Shown here: piece after piece, positions 1-10,446 of the stretch
Numbering within the stretch: position 1 is the stretch's first letter
How the letters are laid out: each line of letters starts with the position of its first letter
NCBI GenBank assembly: GCA_041738375.1
Contig: JBGSPZ010000013.1
Coordinates: 1 to 55,028, forward strand
Source: Parerythrobacter sp.
Lineage (GTDB): Bacteria > Pseudomonadota > Alphaproteobacteria > Sphingomonadales > Sphingomonadaceae
Length of the DNA stretch: 55,028 nt
Direction of reading: 5' to 3'
Program-made: the position numbers and the translations under genes
The notes under the pieces: generated by a model
Database searches by the model: none
Told to the model about the DNA's origin: nothing
What the model saw: the letters and a program-made list of their open reading frames with translations, nothing else

Positions 1-1504
1 GCACCGCCTCGCGCGCGGCGGCGAGCAAAGCGCCCGCCTTGGCTTCGCATTCGCGCTGCTCGTAGGCCGGATCGCTGTCGGCGACGATTCCCGCGCCCGC
101 CTGCACGTGCATGATGTCGTCCTTGACCACTGCGGTGCGCAGCACGATGCAGCTGTCGACCGATCCGTCGGGCGCGAAATAGCCGACCCCGCCGGCATAG
201 GCTCCGCGTGTTTCGGGTTCGAGTTCGGCGATAATCTCGCAGGCGCGAATTTTCGGCGCGCCGCTGACGGTTCCTGCGGGAAAGCCCGCGAACAGCGCGT
301 CGAGCGCGTCGTGCTCCGGCGCGAGCCGGCCGACGACATTGCTGACGATATGCATCACGTGGCTGTAGCGCTCGATGGTGTAACTTGCGGTCACCTCGAC
401 TGTGCCCTGGCTCGCCACCCGCCCGACGTCGTTGCGGCCGAGGTCGAGCAGCATCAGATGCTCGGCGCGTTCCTTGGGATCGGCGAGTAGGCTTTCCTCT
501 GCCGCAGCATCTTCCGCCGCAGTAGCACCGCGCGGTCGGGTGCCGGCGATTGGCCGGATGGTGACCTCGCCATCACGCACGCGGACGAGGATTTCCGGGC
601 TCGACCCGACCACCGCAAAGCCGGGCAGGTCGAGGAAATAGAGGAAGGGTGAGGGGTTCACCCGGCGCAAGGCGCGGTAAAGCTGGAACGGCGGCAGCGG
701 GAAGGGGCAGGTGAAGCGCTGCGCCAGCACCACCTGGAAGATGTCGCCCGCCTCGATATAGCCCTTCGCGCGGGCGACCATCGCCGCGTAATCGCCCGGC
801 AGAAGCTGCGGTTCGAGCGCGACTGGCAGTTCTTCCGACAGTCGCGGCTGCGCGGGGGAGAGCTGCGCCAGTTTGCGCAGCGTCTCGTCGATCCGTTCGC
901 CCGCATTCGCGATAGCCCGCGCAGGATTGCCGCGATCGGGCCACAGCGGCGCGATCGCATAGAGGTTCTCGGTCAGGCCGTCGAACACGAGGATGATGGT
1001 CGGACAGACGAACAGCATGTCGGGCAGTTCGAGCGGGCTTTGCGGCGCGCGTGGCAGCTTCTCGACCAGACCGATGGTCTCGTAGCCGAAATAGCCGACG
1101 AGGCAGGCAAGGGCAGGGGGGAGGCCTTCGGGCACGTCGATCCGGCATTGGCCGACCAGCGCGCGCAAGGCATCGAGCGCGCCGCCGGGGCAGGGGGCAA
1201 ACGTCGCGCGGTCCACCTGCCAGCTGCGATTGATCTGGGCCGTTTCGCCCGAGGCACGGAACACCAGATCGGGGTCGAGGCCGAGAAGGCTATACCGCCC
1301 CCGGATTTCGCCACCCTCGACCGATTCGAGCAGGAAATCGCCGCGCCCCGGAACGATCAGCTTTGCCGCAGCGCCGACCGGGGTTTCCGCATCGGCCACG
1401 ATCCTGCGCCACACCAGCGACGCCCTACCTTCACCGAGATCGGCGAGGGCGGCTTCGGCATTGACGAGGCCGGGCGGGACGGATGGTCCTTCGCTGGATG
1501 GCAT
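1..1504 (-). CDS. trpE: Anthranilate synthase component I (3' end runs off the window)
   Basis: Manual translation from the ATG at 1504: MPSSEG..., LLESVEGGEIRGRYS, GDIFQVVLAQRF, NPSPFLYF, RPIAGTRPRG, AEHLMLLDLGRND, FPAGTVSGAPK, QAGAGIVADS. Missing from the ORF track because there is no stop in the window. Confidence 0.95.
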   Translation of the reverse strand, partial: MPSSEGPSVPPGLVNAEAALADLGEGRASLVWRRIVADAETPVGAAAKLIVPGRGDFLLESVEGGEIRGRYSLLGLDPDLVFRASGETAQINRSWQVDRATFAPCPGGALDALRALVGQCRIDVPEGLPPALACLVGYFGYETIGLVEKLPRAPQSPLELPDMLFVCPTIILVFDGLTENLYAIAPLWPDRGNPARAIANAGERIDETLRKLAQLSPAQPRLSEELPVALEPQLLPGDYAAMVARAKGYIEAGDIFQVVLAQRFTCPFPLPPFQLYRALRRVNPSPFLYFLDLPGFAVVGSSPEILVRVRDGEVTIRPIAGTRPRGATAAEDAAAEESLLADPKERAEHLMLLDLGRNDVGRVASQGTVEVTASYTIERYSHVMHIVSNVVGRLAPEHDALDALFAGFPAGTVSGAPKIRACEIIAELEPETRGAYAGGVGYFAPDGSVDSCIVLRTAVVKDDIMHVQAGAGIVADSDPAYEQRECEAKAGALLAAAREAV

Positions 1505-1522
1505 GGCGGGCGGCGCGCGCCC

Positions 1523-3457
1523 TTACTGCGCTTCGCCGACGAGCTGCTTGCGCACCGCCGCGATTCCGGCCTCGTTCTTCTCGACCCCCAGCTCCTTGCG
1601 GATCGCGGCGCGCAGCTGCTCGGCATATTCCTGCCCCGAGGCCTGGTTCAGTTCGGCAATCGTACGCGCGAGAACGGGGTCGTTCGGCTCCACCTTGCCC
1701 GGCTCGATATTGTCGAGATCGACCACGAACCATCCCGCGTTTTGCGGCGCCTCGAGCTTTTTGAATGTGCCTTCGGCCATGCTGAACATCAGGGCGAGCG
1801 CGGGCGGGACACGCTGGCCCGATTGCGCCAATTGCTCGCGCGAGAAGGTTACGTTGTCGACTGCGGGAAGTGGCCTGGACTCTTCGCTGATGGCGGCCGC
1901 AAGGGTCTTGCCCGCCTTAAGCCGGCCGAGAATCCGGTCGGCGGCTTGCTTCGCCAGCTTGCCGCCTTCGGCAATCTTCCAGTCGGCGATGACCCTTGCG
2001 CGGATCTCGCTGAGCGGGGCCGCTGCCGAAGGGGTGATTTCCGCAACCTCGAAGATAAGGAAGGCCTGCCCTGCGGCCAGTTCGACCAGCTGAGGCTCCT
2101 GCTCCTCCATATCGAAGGCGGTTTGCAGCGCGGGAATGATGACCTGAGGGGCCTGCTCCTGCGGCTTGTCGTACACGAGACCGCCTGCAGTCAGCGGTGC
2201 AGACACCTCGAGCTTTCCACCGACCGCCTTGGCGATGTCGCTGATCGAAGCGCCGTCGCTGATCTGGGCTTCGATATCGGCGGCGAGATCAGTCACCACG
2301 GTGCGGCGCTTGGAAACGCGCAGGGTCTCGCGGATTTCCTCGGTTGCCTGCGCGAGCGTCTTGCCGTCCTGTCGCTCGATCGAATCGACCCGCGCGACGT
2401 GGAAGCCCAGCCCGCTGCGGGCAGGGGCCGCTGCGCTTCCGCGCGGTGCCTCGAAAACGGCCTTGGCGACGGCGGATGAAGTCTGTGCGGCGAGTTCTGC
2501 CTGGGTCAACGGGCCGAGTTTGGCGGTTTGCAGACCTGCACCGCGCGCTTCCTGCTCGATGGTGCTTCCGCCGTTCACCTTGTTGCGGATCGACGTCGCC
2601 GCCTGCTGCGTCGGCACGATGAACTGTGTCACCGTGCGGCGCTCGGTTGCCGCGAACTGCTTGCGATTGGCGTTGTAGTAGTCGGCGATTTCCTTGTCGG
2701 TCGGTTCGCCCCGGGTGCCCAGATCGTCGATGCCGAAAGTGGCATAGCGGATCGAGCGGCGCTCGGGCCGGACATAGTCGCCGCGATTCTTGTCGTAGAA
2801 TGCCTTAAGTGCTTGGGCCGAAGGGTCCGAGCTTGGTGCGAAAGCGGTGCTGGGAATGACCGCGATCGATCCGCTGCGGGTTTCCTTGAGCAGCGCGGCA
2901 TATTGGTTGGCGAAGCTGGGAGGCGCTTTAGCGCCGAACGACGCAGGCAGGAGGAGTTGCCGGGCGAGCAGCCCTTCACTCAGGTCCTCGCGGACGCTGG
3001 CATCGGACAAACCCTGGCTTGCGAGCGCCTGGCGATAGGCTTCCTGGTCGAAATTGCCGTCCGATCCGCGGAACGCGGGGATTTGCAGGATCTCGCTGTT
3101 GACGAGATTCTCGCCCGCCCGCAGACCGAAATCCTCGGCGAAACCGGCAATCGCGGCGCGTTCGATCAGGGCATCGAGCACCTCGTCCAGCCCGCCTTGC
3201 TCGACATAGGCCGGCATCGACATCGTCGGGTTCTGCTGGCGCACGTTGCGCAAGGCATTGTTGGCTGCCGCCACGAGGTCCGACGAGCTGATCTTTTCAT
3301 CGCCGACCACGGCGACGCGCTCACCCCCGGCGATACCGCCAAAAGTCCCGGTGCTCGCGACATCGCTGGTCGCGAAAGCGAAGCCGATCAGAATCACGAA
3401 GCCGAGAGTGATCGGAATGCCGAGCTTCGATTTGAAGAAGTTGCGGAAAAACTGCAT
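1523..3457 (-). CDS. ppiD: PpiD/SurA-type periplasmic chaperone, peptidyl-prolyl isomerase with N-terminal membrane anchor
   Basis: MQFFRNFFKSKLG followed by a TM helix, IPAFRGSDGNFDQEAY, PERRSIRY, parvulin-like repeats; classic position between trpE and tpiA. Start trimmed from the longer ORF 1523..4477. Confidence 0.85.
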   Translation of the reverse strand: MQFFRNFFKSKLGIPITLGFVILIGFAFATSDVASTGTFGGIAGGERVAVVGDEKISSSDLVAAANNALRNVRQQNPTMSMPAYVEQGGLDEVLDALIERAAIAGFAEDFGLRAGENLVNSEILQIPAFRGSDGNFDQEAYRQALASQGLSDASVREDLSEGLLARQLLLPASFGAKAPPSFANQYAALLKETRSGSIAVIPSTAFAPSSDPSAQALKAFYDKNRGDYVRPERRSIRYATFGIDDLGTRGEPTDKEIADYYNANRKQFAATERRTVTQFIVPTQQAATSIRNKVNGGSTIEQEARGAGLQTAKLGPLTQAELAAQTSSAVAKAVFEAPRGSAAAPARSGLGFHVARVDSIERQDGKTLAQATEEIRETLRVSKRRTVVTDLAADIEAQISDGASISDIAKAVGGKLEVSAPLTAGGLVYDKPQEQAPQVIIPALQTAFDMEEQEPQLVELAAGQAFLIFEVAEITPSAAAPLSEIRARVIADWKIAEGGKLAKQAADRILGRLKAGKTLAAAISEESRPLPAVDNVTFSREQLAQSGQRVPPALALMFSMAEGTFKKLEAPQNAGWFVVDLDNIEPGKVEPNDPVLARTIAELNQASGQEYAEQLRAAIRKELGVEKNEAGIAAVRKQLVGEAQ

Positions 3458-3646
3458 GAAACCTGTCGATCCGTGAAAGATTGCAAGCGAATGGGTCGCC
3501 CTCGAAGGGGCGCTGTATCCGCCCTGCGACCTCGCCGCAACACTTGCCGCTTTGTTTTGACCTTCCCGCCAACTCCGGCTAGCGGACGCGTCGCCCGGCC
3601 CCATATAAGCGTGCTGCATACCTCTCTCAGAATTCGGGAAATACCT

Positions 3647-4417
3647 ATGGCCGACCGGCCCTATATCGTTGGCAACTGGAAAATGAACGGAACGCGCGCA
3701 ATGCTGGCGCAAGCCCGCTCGATCGATCGCGCGGCGCAGAACCTGATGAAGGTGGAAGTCGCGCTGGCTCCGCCGTTTACCCTGATCCACCCTGTGCACC
3801 GCGAAGCCGAACAGATCGGCGTTGGGGCGCAGGATTGCCATCCGCTCCCCGACGGGGCGCATACCGGAGATATATCCGCGTCGATGGTTGCCGACGCCGG
3901 AGCGAAGTTCGTCATCCTCGGGCATAGCGAACGGCGACAGAACCACGGCGAAAGCAACGCTCTCGTGCGCGAGAAGTGCACCGCGGCGATCGAAGCGGGC
4001 TTGCGCATTATCCTGTGTGTCGGCGAAACCGAAGAGACCCGCGACGCCGAAAAGGCGGAAGGCTTCGTAACCCGGCAGCTCAAGGCGTCCTTGCCGGAAG
4101 CGCTGGCCAGCCCCGAGGAAAGCCTGACGGTTGCCTATGAGCCTGTCTGGGCGATCGGCACCGGGCGCACACCGACGGTAGAGGATATCGGGGCCATGCA
4201 CCGGGCGATCCGCGCGACGCTGGTCGAGCTCTATGGCGAGGCGCAGGGAACCGCAGTGCGCATCCTCTATGGCGGGTCGGTTAATGCCGAAAATGCCCGC
4301 GAGTTGCTTGCCGCCGATGACGTAGGCGGCGCGCTGGTCGGCGGCGCGAGCCTCACCGCAGAGAGTTTTCTCGGGATCGTCATTGCATCTGCCGAACGGC
4401 TCGACCAGCCTGGCTGA
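3647..4417 (+). CDS. tpiA: Triosephosphate isomerase
   Basis: VGNWKMNG, ILGHSERR, AYEPVWAIGTG, LYGGSV, GALVGGASL. Confidence 0.97.
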   Translation: MADRPYIVGNWKMNGTRAMLAQARSIDRAAQNLMKVEVALAPPFTLIHPVHREAEQIGVGAQDCHPLPDGAHTGDISASMVADAGAKFVILGHSERRQNHGESNALVREKCTAAIEAGLRIILCVGETEETRDAEKAEGFVTRQLKASLPEALASPEESLTVAYEPVWAIGTGRTPTVEDIGAMHRAIRATLVELYGEAQGTAVRILYGGSVNAENARELLAADDVGGALVGGASLTAESFLGIVIASAERLDQPG

Positions 4418-4494
4418 AATCCGCAATTCCCTATGCGCTTGCCGTTGACGGCTGTCATGACTACATGCGGCGCGCACACAAACAGAGACAGACC

Positions 4495-4830
4495 ATGTTC
4501 CTTTTCCTCACCGTTCTCCAAGCCATCGTGGCTGCCGCGCTGGTTGGCGTCATTCTCATGCAGCGCTCGGAGGGCGGCGGTCTCGGCGTCGGTGGCAACC
4601 CCAACGGGATGATGAGCGCGCGTGGAGCGGCCGATTTCCTGACCCGTTCGACCAAATGGCTGGCGGTGGCGTTTGTCGTCCTGTCGATTGCGCTTGCGGC
4701 AATCGCGGCGGGTAGCGATGCAACCCAGGAGATCACCACCACGATCGACCGGACAGTCGCTCCGGCCGGTTCTGCTCCGGCACCTGCTCCCGCTCCCGGC
4801 GGCGACCCGCTCGACGGCGGCGCAAGGTAA
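4495..4830 (+). CDS. secG: Preprotein translocase subunit SecG
   Basis: Two TM segments, LMQRSEGGGLG and RGAADFLTRST motifs; tpiA-secG-pyrG synteny. Confidence 0.93.
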   Translation: MFLFLTVLQAIVAAALVGVILMQRSEGGGLGVGGNPNGMMSARGAADFLTRSTKWLAVAFVVLSIALAAIAAGSDATQEITTTIDRTVAPAGSAPAPAPAPGGDPLDGGAR

Positions 4831-4920
4831 GCAATCTTTCGTGATGCTTGTGGATTGCGGTCATTTGCCGCGCCAATCCGCTTGCGCCGAATCCGATTTG
4901 AAGCGTAAGGGCCGACTCCC

Positions 4921-6555
<1,635 letters not shown>

Positions 6556-6667
6556 ATCCGCCAATTTCATAACATACTTTATCTTTCGGCAAAAATGGCG
6601 CACAGGCGGTGCCGAGGACGTGCCTGCCATCGATTTTCGCGATGGCGGGATGCTTTCACGCAATAGG

Positions 6668-6773
6668 CTTGTTCCGGTCTTGACCGTCTTCTGCGACCCG
6701 GACGGTCATCTCCGGACAGGGCGGCGTACAAGCGTCGCGGGGGCGGACCTTCGGGTTCGCCCCCTTCGCTTTT
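6668..6773 (+). ncRNA. Candidate structured small RNA, or structured pyrG 3' UTR (three hairpins ending in an intrinsic terminator)
   Basis: Long hairpin CUUGUUCCGG-UCU-UGACCGUC...GACGGUCA-UCU-CCGGACAGG (6668-6720), hairpin GCGGCGU-ACAA-GCGUCGC (6721-6738), then GGGGCGGAC-CUUCGG-GUUCGCCCC plus U-rich tail. G-U wobbles and the cUUCGg loop work on the + strand. Confidence 0.45.
6739..6773 (+). terminator. Rho-independent terminator (pyrG or candidate sRNA)
   Basis: GGGGCGGACC-TTCG-GGTTCGCCCC followed by TTCGCTTTT. Confidence 0.75.
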
Positions 6774-6784
6774 CAATGCATCCC

Positions 6785-6823
6785 AAGAAGCGGCCCGCCC
6801 CCACCGGCGGCGGGAGCGGGCCG
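6785..6823 (-). terminator. Rho-independent terminator of hsp20
   Basis: Minus strand CGGCCCGCTCCCGCC-GCC-GGTGGGGGCGGGCCG-CTTCTT, a 15-bp stem with G-U pairs valid on the minus strand, about 25 nt after the hsp20 stop. Confidence 0.7.
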
Positions 6824-6847
6824 GATCCCAAGCCGTCGTGCGGGCGT

Positions 6848-7327
6848 TCAGGCGGCGTTCGCTTCGTCGTTCGCCTTGCTGCCCTCGATCACCGAAAGGC
6901 CGGACTGGCCGTTCACGGCGATTTTCTTGGGCTTCATCGCCTCGGGCACTTCCCGGACCAGATCGATGACCAGCAGGCCGTCTTCCAGATCGGCGTTTTC
7001 GACGCGGACGTAGTCGGCCAGCTCGAACCGGCGTTCGAAGCCGCGATTGGCGATGCCGATGTGTAGCATCTCGCCGGCGATGTCGCTTTCATCGCGCTTC
7101 TTCCCCTGCACCACGAGCAGGTTCTGCTGCGCGGTTATGTCGAGGTCTGCGGGTTTGAAGCCGGCGACGGCTAGCGTGATGCGGTACTCGTCATCGCCGC
7201 GGCGCTCGATGTTGAAGGGGGGATAATTGTCGCCGGAGTTGGCACGCGCCTGGTTTTCGAGGATATCGAACAGGCGGTCGAAGCCGACGGTCGAACGGCG
7301 ATAGGGGGTGAAATCAAAACGGGACAT
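6848..7327 (-). CDS. Small heat shock protein (Hsp20/IbpA family)
   Basis: MSRFDFTPYRRSTVGFDRLFD, YPPFNIE, LAVAGF, GIANRGFERRFELAD, GLLVIDLVREVPEAMKPKKI; AGGAGG SD before the ATG at 7327. Confidence 0.95.
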   Translation of the reverse strand: MSRFDFTPYRRSTVGFDRLFDILENQARANSGDNYPPFNIERRGDDEYRITLAVAGFKPADLDITAQQNLLVVQGKKRDESDIAGEMLHIGIANRGFERRFELADYVRVENADLEDGLLVIDLVREVPEAMKPKKIAVNGQSGLSVIEGSKANDEANAA

Positions 7328-7425
7328 AGATACAAATCCTCCTTTGAGCAATTTGACTGTCAGGAACGCCCGGAACCCGGCGCGCTCCTCGGAATGGTTG
7401 CAAACCCGTTGCGGCGCTTGCTTCC
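7328..7425 (-). promoter_or_regulatory. ROSE-like RNA thermometer in the hsp20 5' UTR
   Basis: Minus-strand leader forms three hairpins; the last, CAAAU-UGCU-CAA-AGGAGG-AUUUG (7333-7355), places the ROSE motif UUGCU opposite the SD. Confidence 0.7.
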
Positions 7426-7432
7426 GATACCC

Positions 7433-7460
7433 AGATAGTAGACGCATTTGGCAATTCAAG
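7433..7460 (-). promoter_or_regulatory. RpoH (sigma32)-type promoter of hsp20
   Basis: Minus strand CTTGAA-N15-ACTATCT, close to the alphaproteobacterial RpoH consensus CTTGAA-N15/16-CCTAT(A/C)T. Confidence 0.7.
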
Positions 7461-7494
7461 ACCTGTCAAGACACTGGATTTGAACGGAAATAGT

Positions 7495-7758
7495 ATGAGC
7501 GCGCCCGAAGTTGTCATCTACACGAAATTCGGCTGCGGGTTTTGCTACCGGGCGAAGCGATTGCTCGAAAGCAAGGGTGTCGCCTTTATCGAGCATGACA
7601 TCACGCTAGGCGGGCCAAAGCGCGACGAGATGAGAGAACGCGCCCCCGATGCGCGCACGGTCCCGCAGATTTTCATCGGCGATACCCATGTCGGCGGATC
7701 GGACGATTTGCACGAACTCGAACGCGACGGCAAACTCGACGCAATGCTCGCCGGTTGA
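7495..7758 (+). CDS. grxC: Glutaredoxin 3
   Basis: CGFC active site, RTVPQIFIG, GGSDDL. Confidence 0.92.
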   Translation: MSAPEVVIYTKFGCGFCYRAKRLLESKGVAFIEHDITLGGPKRDEMRERAPDARTVPQIFIGDTHVGGSDDLHELERDGKLDAMLAG

Positions 7759-8573
7759 TGCCAAGAATTGCCATCGTCCAGACCACCACCGGGATCGACC
7801 CGGCGAGGAACGCGGACGCCCTTTGCAGTGCCTTTGCCATGGCGGCAGATGGCGGGGCGACCATGGTTTTCACGCCCGAAATGTCCGGCCTGCTGGACCA
7901 GAACCGCAAGCGCGGTGCCGGACATGTCGTCGATGAGGCGGAGAACCCGGTCTTGGCTGCTGCCCGCGAATCTGCCGCCAGGCACGGCATCTGGATCGCC
8001 CTGGGATCGCTCGCGGTCCGCGGCGACACCGAGCGTTGGGCCAATCGCAGCTTTGTGATCGATGCGTCGGGCGCGATTGCCGCACGTTACGACAAGATGC
8101 ACATGTTCGATGTCGACTTGGCCGATGGTGAAAGCTGGCGAGAGTCGAATGCCTACGCGCCTGGAAACGAGGTCGTGACGGTCGAAACTCCAGTCGGCAC
8201 GCTGGGCCTGACCATTTGCTACGACATTCGCTTTCCCGCCCTGTTCGACGCGCTAGGCCGCGCCCGGTGCGATGTCATCGCCATCCCAGCAGCCTTCACG
8301 CGCCCGACCGGGCAGGACCACTGGCATGTGCTGCAGCGCGCACGGGCGATCGAGGCGGGCGCATTCGTGGTTGCGGCGGCCCAAGTCGGTGAGCACGAAG
8401 ACGGGCGGAAAACCTATGGCCACAGTCTGGTGATCGATCCATGGGGCAAGGTGCTGCTCGATATGGGCGGCGAAACGCCGGGCGTCGGGTTTGTCGAGCT
8501 TGACCTCGGGCGCATCGCCGAAGTGCGGCAGCAAGTCCCGAGCCTTGCCAACAGGCGCGAAATGCCCAACTAG
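7758..8573 (+). CDS. Carbon-nitrogen hydrolase (Nit1-like deaminated glutathione amidase)
   Basis: FTPE, YDKMHMFDVDL, ICYDIRFP, RARAIE, YGHSLVIDPWG (E-K-C triad); follows grxC with overlapping stop/start. Confidence 0.9.
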   Translation: MPRIAIVQTTTGIDPARNADALCSAFAMAADGGATMVFTPEMSGLLDQNRKRGAGHVVDEAENPVLAAARESAARHGIWIALGSLAVRGDTERWANRSFVIDASGAIAARYDKMHMFDVDLADGESWRESNAYAPGNEVVTVETPVGTLGLTICYDIRFPALFDALGRARCDVIAIPAAFTRPTGQDHWHVLQRARAIEAGAFVVAAAQVGEHEDGRKTYGHSLVIDPWGKVLLDMGGETPGVGFVELDLGRIAEVRQQVPSLANRREMPN

Positions 8574-8579
8574 CGGGCG

Positions 8580-9041
8580 ATGATCGTCTTTGACCTCCAT
8601 TGCGACCACGTCCACAGGTTCGAAGGCTGGTTCGGCTCGTCCGACGACTTCGCCAGCCAGCAGGATCGCGGGCTGGTCGCCTGCCCAGAATGTGGGTCTG
8701 CTTCCGTCGGCAAAGCGCCTATGGCGCCCGCAGTGCCGCGCAAAGGGAACAGCGTGGAGCAAGCGGACCATCGCACGACCGCAATGACCGGCGGCGAAAT
8801 CCCGACCGAGGTGCGCCAGGCGATGAAGGCGCTTGCCCAAGCGCAGAAGAAGGCGCTGGCAAAGAGCAAATGGGTCGGAGACGGCTTCGCCGAGGAATCG
8901 CGCGCGATGCACTATGGTGAGAAAGAGCTCGAAGCGATCCACGGCAAGGCGACGCTGAAGGAAGCGAAGGAACTGCTCGACGAAGGCATCGAGGTTGCTC
9001 CGTTGCCGTTCCCGATCGCCGAGCCCGACAAACTCAATTGA
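8580..9041 (+). CDS. DUF1178 family protein (zinc-ribbon N-terminus)
   Basis: MIVFDLHC..HRFEGWF, CPECGS, KAPMAPAV, FAEESRAMHYGE, IHGKAT. Confidence 0.85.
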   Translation: MIVFDLHCDHVHRFEGWFGSSDDFASQQDRGLVACPECGSASVGKAPMAPAVPRKGNSVEQADHRTTAMTGGEIPTEVRQAMKALAQAQKKALAKSKWVGDGFAEESRAMHYGEKELEAIHGKATLKEAKELLDEGIEVAPLPFPIAEPDKLN

Positions 9042-9078
9042 TTGAACCTGCCCGAAGCGCTGCTATGGAGCGCGAGGC

Positions 9079-9155
9079 GCGCCCGTAGCTCAGCAGGATA
9101 GAGCACCAGATTCCTAATTTGGGGGCCACAGGTTCGAATCCTGTCGGGCGCACCA
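9079..9155 (+). tRNA. tRNA-Arg (anticodon CCT)
   Basis: Acceptor stem GCGCCCG/CGGGCGC, D arm GCTC-AGCAGGATA-GAGC, anticodon arm CCAGA-TT-CCT-AA-TTTGG, T arm ACAGG-TTCGAAT-CCTGT, encoded CCA. Confidence 0.96.
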
Positions 9156-9159
9156 AATC

Positions 9160-10365
9160 TCAATTCCGGCCGAAGCGCTTCCAGCCGATGAACGTCAGGA
9201 GGGTCGCCGCAGCCGAAGTCGATCCCAACAGGACGCAAATTCCGGCCCATTGGTAATGGTCGTAGACCCAGGTCCCGGCGATGCTGCCGATCCCGCCACC
9301 GATGAACATCATCACGACGTAAATCGTGGTCAGCCGCGTGCGCAGTCCCGGCTCGAGGGTCAGATAGGTCATACGGCTCGTCACGTCGATCGCCGGTCCG
9401 ACGAGATTGCCGATGAACATGGGTATCAGCAGCAACCATAGCGAGCCGCCGAGGGGATAGAACAGCAGCAGGCCTCCCAGCTGGATGACTGCGAACACCA
9501 GACGCGCCTTGCGCGCGCCGATGTGGTCTGCCCACCGGCCGAGGCGCGGGGTGGAGGCGATGCTGACCGCAGCAATCGCGGCGAGATAGCCCACTGTATC
9601 GACCCCGTATCCCATTTCCGGGCTGGTCAGATGCAAGGCAAGGCCGAGCCAGAGTGCGATGAACGAACCGAAATTGAGCGCCTGGATTGCGCCTGACAAC
9701 AGCACTTCGGGGTGCTGCCGCATCAGCGGAAAGAGCGAGAGAACCAGTCGGTGGTAGGGGGTTCCGCCGGACGAACCTGTCTGTCGTTCATGCATCAGGA
9801 ATGGCAGGGCAAGGGTGATCGCCGCCATCAACCCGGTCGCGATCCAGTAGACCACGCGCCAGCCATAGAGCTCGGTCACGATCCCCGCACCGACCCGGGC
9901 GATCAAAATTCCGAGGATCACGCCCGCCGTCAGCAGCGCGGTAACCTGCCCGAGACGCTCGGGCGCGACGCGCTTCGAAGCGTATGCGGGCAGGAGGTAG
10001 GGCGCGATGGTGAAGAAGCCGAGAATGGTGGACCCGGCAGTGAACAGGACGAAGTTCTGTGCCAGAGCCATGACCAGCATCGAGAGCGTCTGACCGCTCG
10101 CGAAAAGAATCGTCAGTCGCTTGTTCGAATAGCGATCCCCCAGCGGCAGCAGCAGGAAAATCCCGACGGCGAGTGCAAGCTGATTGAGTGCGGGAACCAG
10201 TCCGATCTCGGCATGGCTGACCCGAAAATACGCCGCGACGTCGCTGACGATCGGGTGGATGTAGTAGGCGTTGGCTGTCACCACCGCCGCGACCACGGTT
10301 AGCGCGATTTCCTGCGGCCGCGTCAGGCGGTGATCGGCGGTCAACGAATTCGGCCTGGTACGCAC
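9160..10365 (-). CDS. MFS transporter (start codon uncertain)
   Basis: About 12 hydrophobic segments, ANAYYIHPI, LLPLGDRY, GRWADHIG motif-A-like loops. Confidence 0.85.
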   Translation of the reverse strand: MRTRPNSLTADHRLTRPQEIALTVVAAVVTANAYYIHPIVSDVAAYFRVSHAEIGLVPALNQLALAVGIFLLLPLGDRYSNKRLTILFASGQTLSMLVMALAQNFVLFTAGSTILGFFTIAPYLLPAYASKRVAPERLGQVTALLTAGVILGILIARVGAGIVTELYGWRVVYWIATGLMAAITLALPFLMHERQTGSSGGTPYHRLVLSLFPLMRQHPEVLLSGAIQALNFGSFIALWLGLALHLTSPEMGYGVDTVGYLAAIAAVSIASTPRLGRWADHIGARKARLVFAVIQLGGLLLFYPLGGSLWLLLIPMFIGNLVGPAIDVTSRMTYLTLEPGLRTRLTTIYVVMMFIGGGIGSIAGTWVYDHYQWAGICVLLGSTSAAATLLTFIGWKRFGRN

Positions 10366-10446
10366 ATGCAGGCGATGCTTAGGTGCGCCCGTTCGCGATG
10401 GCCATCGGCAAGTTGGCCATCGCCGAAACGAATGCTGTGCTGCCGC

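Noticed and set aside
3579-3608. RpoH-like promoter upstream of tpiA (CTAGCG-N15-CCCATAT)
   Set aside because: Weak -35 match; insufficient support.
2528-4477. Apparent long N-terminal extensions or fusions of ppiD (984 aa) and tpiA (629 aa); likewise ispDF, tatD and CA
   Set aside because: Artefacts of taking the most upstream start; the extensions overlap neighbouring genes and real starts are evident downstream.
6579-6776. 65-aa minus-strand ORF in the pyrG-hsp20 spacer
   Set aside because: Low-complexity translation, no clear SD, lies past the hsp20 terminator; RNA structure on the + strand explains the region better.
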